Shown here one piece after another: positions 12,601 to 18,600 of a DNA stretch of 64,000 nt. The notes under the pieces are model-generated. The model searched no databases. It was not told the origin of the DNA and was given only the letters and a program-made list of their open reading frames with translations. Origin of the DNA: Anolis carolinensis (lineage: Eukaryota); the NCBI RefSeq assembly GCF_035594765.1, contig NC_085846.1, forward strand, positions 39,791,190 through 39,855,189, written 5' to 3'. Within the stretch, counting starts at the first letter, position 1; every line of letters starts with the position of its first letter. A program made the position numbers and the translations under genes.

Positions 12601-15600
12601 TGCTAAGACACACAGGAGGATAAAACAGAGGAAATTAAAAATAAATGGAAATCATATATAGAATGGATAGAAAGAGGTGAAGCCAATGTAAATATTGTAC
12701 AGAGATTAAGAAAATTGTGCCCATGGTTAAATATAAAGATATAGGGTAAATGTGTAATCAGAGGGAAGAGTGATGCGGGGTAAGGATGAGGGTGTTGACA
12801 ATAAAAAAACATGTCATCGAAGAGAAGGTGCAGACAAAATAAATGTTACATGAAAATGAAGTGTGCACAAGTTTGAGCACCAAAGGAAAATAAGAGTAAA
12901 TAAAATGTTGTAGTGTTGAAAAAGTAAAAAAATATTGGGTTAAAAAAAATCTCTTCTCCCATGACTTAATTTCAACATGAACTCACTAGATGTCTCTTTT
13001 TGCACTGGCAGCATTGAAAATCCGGGCAAGATTTAATTTCTGATGTTGCAGTAGACTCTTCTGGGAATGCTTTACCTAATCATAATGTGGTTGTTAATAT
13101 CCAAAGTTGGTTAAGTTTTAATAATACTGAATTTTGCTTGGTTTTTAACTATGCAAGAGCTAGTTCAGATAGTATTTTATGTATTTTAAGGGGGCATCTC
13201 GCCATTGATATATGTAGCATTTTAATTATTTACATAGTGTTTTAATGGCGTATTTTGTGCTGTACTTTATAATCTGGTTTTTATGTATTTTACTAGCTTG
13301 GGGACTCGGAGGTGCCTGGGTTATTAGAAGGCCTTGTTTCTTTTGGGATGTTAGGTAATACCACTTAAGTTTGGTTCAGATCCATCGTTGGCTGGGTTCA
13401 GTGCTCTCTGGATAAGGGAGAACTACAACTCCCAGATTCCCAGGGCAATCACCCCTAAACCCTGGCAGTATTCGCAGTTGGCCATGTTGGGTCCATGTGC
13501 CAAGTTTGGTCCAGATTTGACAACAGCTGGGTTCAGGGCTCTCTGGATAAGGGTGAACTATAACTTCCGAAATCGAGGTCCATTCCTCTAAAACCCTGCA
13601 GTATGTTCAGTTGGTCATGGGGCTTCTCTGTGCCAAGTGTGGTCCCGATCCATTGTTGCTGGGGGCACTGTTTCTCTGGATGTAGGTGAACTATAACTGG
13701 CAAAATCAAGGTCCATTCCCAGTAACCTCTGCAGTATGTTCAGTTGGTCATGGGCGTCTCTGTGTCAAGTTTGGTCCCTGTCCATTGTCGGTGGCGGGGT
13801 CACAATATCAATGAAGGTACTGCAAGTCCCACTATCCATGGCAAGTATGGCCCAGATCGATTGTTGGTTGGGTTCAGAGTGCTCTCTGGATGTAGGTCAA
13901 GTACAATTCTTGTAAGTCATGGTGAATTCTCCCCAAACATCTTGTTCAGTTATCAATCAATTCCTTTGTTAATTGTGTGCCATAGGAGAGGGTAGGAAAG
14001 GGCTAAGGTAGAAGAAGTGGGCGGGGTCATGCAAATTAAGGAAACATGGGATGTCCATTCTGGAGGAAAAACAGAACATCTAGGATGAAATTGTCCCTGC
14101 ATGAAAACCTTCACTTGGGTGGGGGGCAGAATGGCATTTGTGGAGAACACTGGCAGGGTTTGGGCTATGTGTTTATGGTGCTCACTATAACCGGGATGTC
14201 AGTGGAGGGAGGGCCATTGGTGTCTCTTGCTCAGTGGGAACCAGGCCTGTAGCGAGGGGGTGGTTTTAGGGGTTCAACCCCCCCCCCCCCCCCCGAAATT
14301 GTTCAGGTTATAAAAAAACCTGGTTTACTCATGAATTTTAACTGGTTAACCAAATCCCCATGCTAAGTCTATGAGACACAAAACATTAAGAGCCCATCCA
14401 GGCACTATCTCAAGCAGATATTGACAGGTTTGTAGCGGGGAGGGATGTGTGCTAGGGGTTAAACTCCCCCCCCCCCCCCCGAAAAAATTTTCTGGCTACG
14501 GCCCTGGTGGGAACTATAGTTGTTTGTGGAGGTAGGAGGCTGTCTGTGTAAGTGGACATCTCCATATAAACACATAAACATTTTTCACTTTTATTATGTG
14601 TATTGATAGATAGATGTATTCATTTTTTTGTTCTATATATGAAAGACATATGGTCTAAGCACTGAATAAACCAACACTACTACTACCACCAGGAAAAGGC
14701 ATTACTTTTGCACAGAAACAATGGTATACAAATAGTGTGTGTGTGCCTTCAAGTCAGCCTCTGGTTTATGCTGACTGCATGAATTTCATAGGATTTTCCT
14801 ACGCTAGTAAGTGGTTTTGCCAGTTCCTTCCCCTGAAATATAGCCTCCAGCATCTAGTATTCATTTGCAGTCTCCTTTCCAAGTACTAACCAAGAATGAC
14901 CCTGCTTAGCTTCCAAGATCAAACAGGATCTGGTGCCTTTAAGATTAAACACAGTTCCAAAGGACTACCTGATATCTCTTAATCTCGCGCGCAGTTTGTT
15001 CTTCCATTGTCTCCAAAAATCCAATTGATGAGATGCTGTCGTTGGGCAGATAGATGAAGGAGTCCTGCAGAGCAAACCGAGTTCATAGTCAAGGGCCTAC
15101 TGACCATAACAAAAATGTGGAAATGATTATATGGGCGAATAGATCGAGAGAAAAGGAGACAACACCACTTACTTCGACATCTTCTTAAAACAAAAAGGAA
15201 AGGGGAGGACGGGACTAACTATTGATCACCTACAAGTATAGAGTAGGCATTCCACTTTCACATGGGTTGTGGGTACAAGACCACCATGAAAGTGGGAAAA
15301 TTACAGATTAAATAAACACTCATTTTTTTAAACCTGGGAGAACACTACTAGAGGACCTAGTGAGTCTAAGGCCCCTACTACACTACCATATAATCCAGTT
15401 CAAATCATATAATCTGGATTTTATATGGCTGTGTAGAAGGGGCCCTAGAGAGAACATATTATACAAATCTGCAAAAGCTTGTAGGGTTGAGATATCAGGG
15501 AAATGACATAACAGATATTTATAAAATGATTGCTAATTGAGAATGGGTAGTTGTAAGTTTTCCTTTCTGTTTCAGTACTAAAGATAGGGAACATGCATTG

Positions 15601-18600
15601 AATAATAAATAAATAAATACATACATGTCAGAACCCTGCTACTAGAGCCTGGATGTGGCTCTGAGTTTCAGGGTCACTGACATTGATAAGACACCTGCGT
15701 CCCAGGACTCGGAGGAGAAACGGCTGATGGACTTGGCGGGGAATTTGCGCGGGGTTTTACTGAGCGGGAAGAGACTGTTCAAATGAGGGGGAGGGTATAT
15801 AAAGGAGGGTTGGCCGGAGCCTCCCATTCTTGGCTTTTCTGATGTTCATGTTTCCTACAGTAAAAGTTCCTGGTGATACCACAAAGAGTCTCGTGTGTTC
15901 ATTCAGGAGCGGCTGTGGTGAGCTGACACTAAGCCAAGAATACGGACACCATCCCGCTGTAGCGGTGAGGTGTAACATGCAAGTGGAGGATGAAGAGCTC
16001 TTGGGCGCCGGAGGAGGAAGGTCGGAAAGGGCCACTCCCGAGACGGACGCTGAGTTCCACCAGCTGGCGGCCCTGGCGTCATCCACCGCTTATGCCCAGC
16101 CAAATGGGGTAACCCAGAGGCGCGGAGTGGTGCGGGGAGATAGCACCGGAGGAGAGGAAGGTTCACCTTCCCCAGGCCCGCAAAAGATGGTGTTTCTGGA
16201 GGAGAGGATGTCGGCGATGGAGACCACCCTGGCAGTGATGTCGAGGGCGATGGAGCGCCTGGCGGTTTTGGCGGAGCCGGAGCGAGGAAGGGAACTCCGG
16301 GCTAGCTCAATGTGGGACGTGAGCATGGGAAGCAGCCAGGGCTTTGCAGACCTCCCAGCACCGAAGGGAAGGGAAATGCGAAAGGAGCCCGGTGCCCGGC
16401 CCAAGATCCAAACGAGCCTGACGCGGGTGGAGGAGAGTGACGACGAAGGGGAAAAGCCTCCGAGAATCCCGGCTACGCTCCCAACTGAGACCCTGGTGCC
16501 CCTGGCGAATGCCGGGCGTGGCACAGGACAAAGGGAAGCAGCAGCGGGGCCCACTGGCCCGCAAGGGGGCTTGCGACGGGCGGAGGATTGGGGATTGCCA
16601 CCACAGGGACCCCTACCGAGACGAGAGGAACTAAGGATCGAGTTTGGGGGAGAGTCCTCTGAACTGGATTTTTTCCTGACCACGGTGAGGGGCTATATGG
16701 AGGACAATGCCCACACTTTTAGAACGGAATCCAGCCGGGTACGGGCCATTGGTGCAGTGTTGAAGAGGGGAGCGGCCAGCTGGTACGTTCAACTACACGC
16801 GCGGCGCGACCCATGTCTGGGGTCACTCCGACGCTTTATGGGGGCCCTGGAGACCCGTTTCCGAGATCCACTGGAGCAGATCCGGGCGAGGGAGGAGTTG
16901 AAGACCGTCTCCCAGGGGCAGAGGTCGGTGTCTGAGTATGCGGAGGAGTTCCAATGCCTCGCTGAAAAGGTGCCGGAATGGTCTGCAGTGACAAAGATAG
17001 AACTCTTCAAAGAGGGGCTCAGGCGGGAGATCCTCTCCTGGGCGGTGCATCGTGATGAGCCTGACACACTGCGCGGATGGATTCAGCTGGCGGGGCGCAT
17101 CGAGACATCGCTGGCCCAGGCGAGGAGGCACCGAGGAGGGCTACAGCAGCGGCCGCAGATGAAAGAGGGGAGCCGGAAGGAGGGATCAACCCCAGCCGGG
17201 AGGAGAACGGAGCCGACAGGGAACGTGAGCACCAGCAGGAGGGGCTGCTTCGTGTGCGGCCGTTTGGGCCACAGGGCTGCCGAGTGCTGGCAGAGAAAAG
17301 GGGAAGGCGGAGGCCCGCCCAAACCAAGAGCCGTGGCAGGGAAACGCGCCGAGGAAGAACCACCGATGAGGCACCACTCGGGGGGGTTGGTAAGTCAGGA
17401 CAAAGCCATGATAGTGGTCCCCATTCAGCTGGAAAGTGGCAGCAAACAAGCAACCTGCAAAGCATTTGTGGATTGTGGATGTTCCAGGAACATCATCTCC
17501 CCTGAATTAGCCGAGGGATTGGGATGCGAAAGAACGAACCTAGAATCCCCAATAGCTTTTTCGCAGTTGGACGGATCCACAGCATCGGGATCATTAGCTA
17601 AGTACAGTGCCGAAGATGTAAAGTGTAAGATAGGGAGTTGGGAAGGAAAGGTGTCATTTGTGATATCACAAATAGCCAGCTATAATGTTATACTAGGCAT
17701 GCCATGGCTGGGGCAGGCCAACCCGCAAATCAACTGGGAGGATAAGAGCATGATCCTCAGGATGAAGTTGGAAGGAGGGAGCCAGGAAGTGGAAAGGGAG
17801 CCGGGGAAAAGGGGGGAGGAAGACTCTATCAGGATAGCAGAACTGGCAGATAAATTACCCCCAGAGTATCGGGATTTTGTGGACGTATTTGATGAGAAGG
17901 AAGCAGACAGTTTCCCACCGAAGCGGAGAGTTGAAGTGAAGATAGAGCTAGTCCCAGGAGCAGAGCTTCCTAAGGCAAAAATATACCCAATGTCGGCTAG
18001 GGAAAAGGAGGAACTGAGAAAATACATTGATAAAAACCTAGCGAGGGGTTTCATAGAGCCTTCAAATTCCCCTCTAGGGGCGCCTGTGTTGTTCAGGCGC
18101 AAAAAGGACCAAACGCTGAGGCTCTGCATTGACTACAGGGGCCTGAATGCAATCAGTTCTGGAAATAAATACCCCCTACCTTTAGTGAAGGACTTGATCG
18201 CCCAGTTATCGGAGGGACAGATATTCACTAAATTGGACTTAATTGAAGCGTACCATAAATTGCAGATTAAACCAGAGGACAGGTGGAAGACGGCCTTCTC
18301 CTGTGCATTCGGATTATTCAATTATCGTGTGCTCCCTTTCGGTTTGTGCGGCGGAGGCGCCGCGTTCATGCAATTAATCAACGAAGTGTTGCATCCATTG
18401 TTGTACAAGGGAGTCTTTGTTTTTTTTAGATGACATATTGTTAGTATCTCGGACTAAGGAGCAACACATAGAACTAGTCAGGGAAGTCCTGCAAAAGTTG
18501 AGAGAAGCAAAACTGTATGCGAAGCTTGCCAAGTGCGAGTTCAATAAAGACCAGATAGACTTTCTGGGGTATAGGATTTCCTCCCAGGGAGTGGCGATGG

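Noticed and set aside
14850-14935. 5S rRNA gene
   Set aside because: Truncated, diverged and fused to a SINE body; not a functional rRNA gene.
15830-15976. ORF-track start of the 867-aa ORF inside the LTR
   Set aside because: It is a TTG start 4 nt from the predicted TSS within R/U5. The ATG at 15977, downstream of the PBS, is the plausible Gag start, although in-frame ATGs in R are not formally excluded.
18420-18428. TTTTTTA as an HIV-like -1 programmed frameshift
   Set aside because: The downstream ORF is in the +1 frame and the site is mid-RT, not at the gag-pol boundary.
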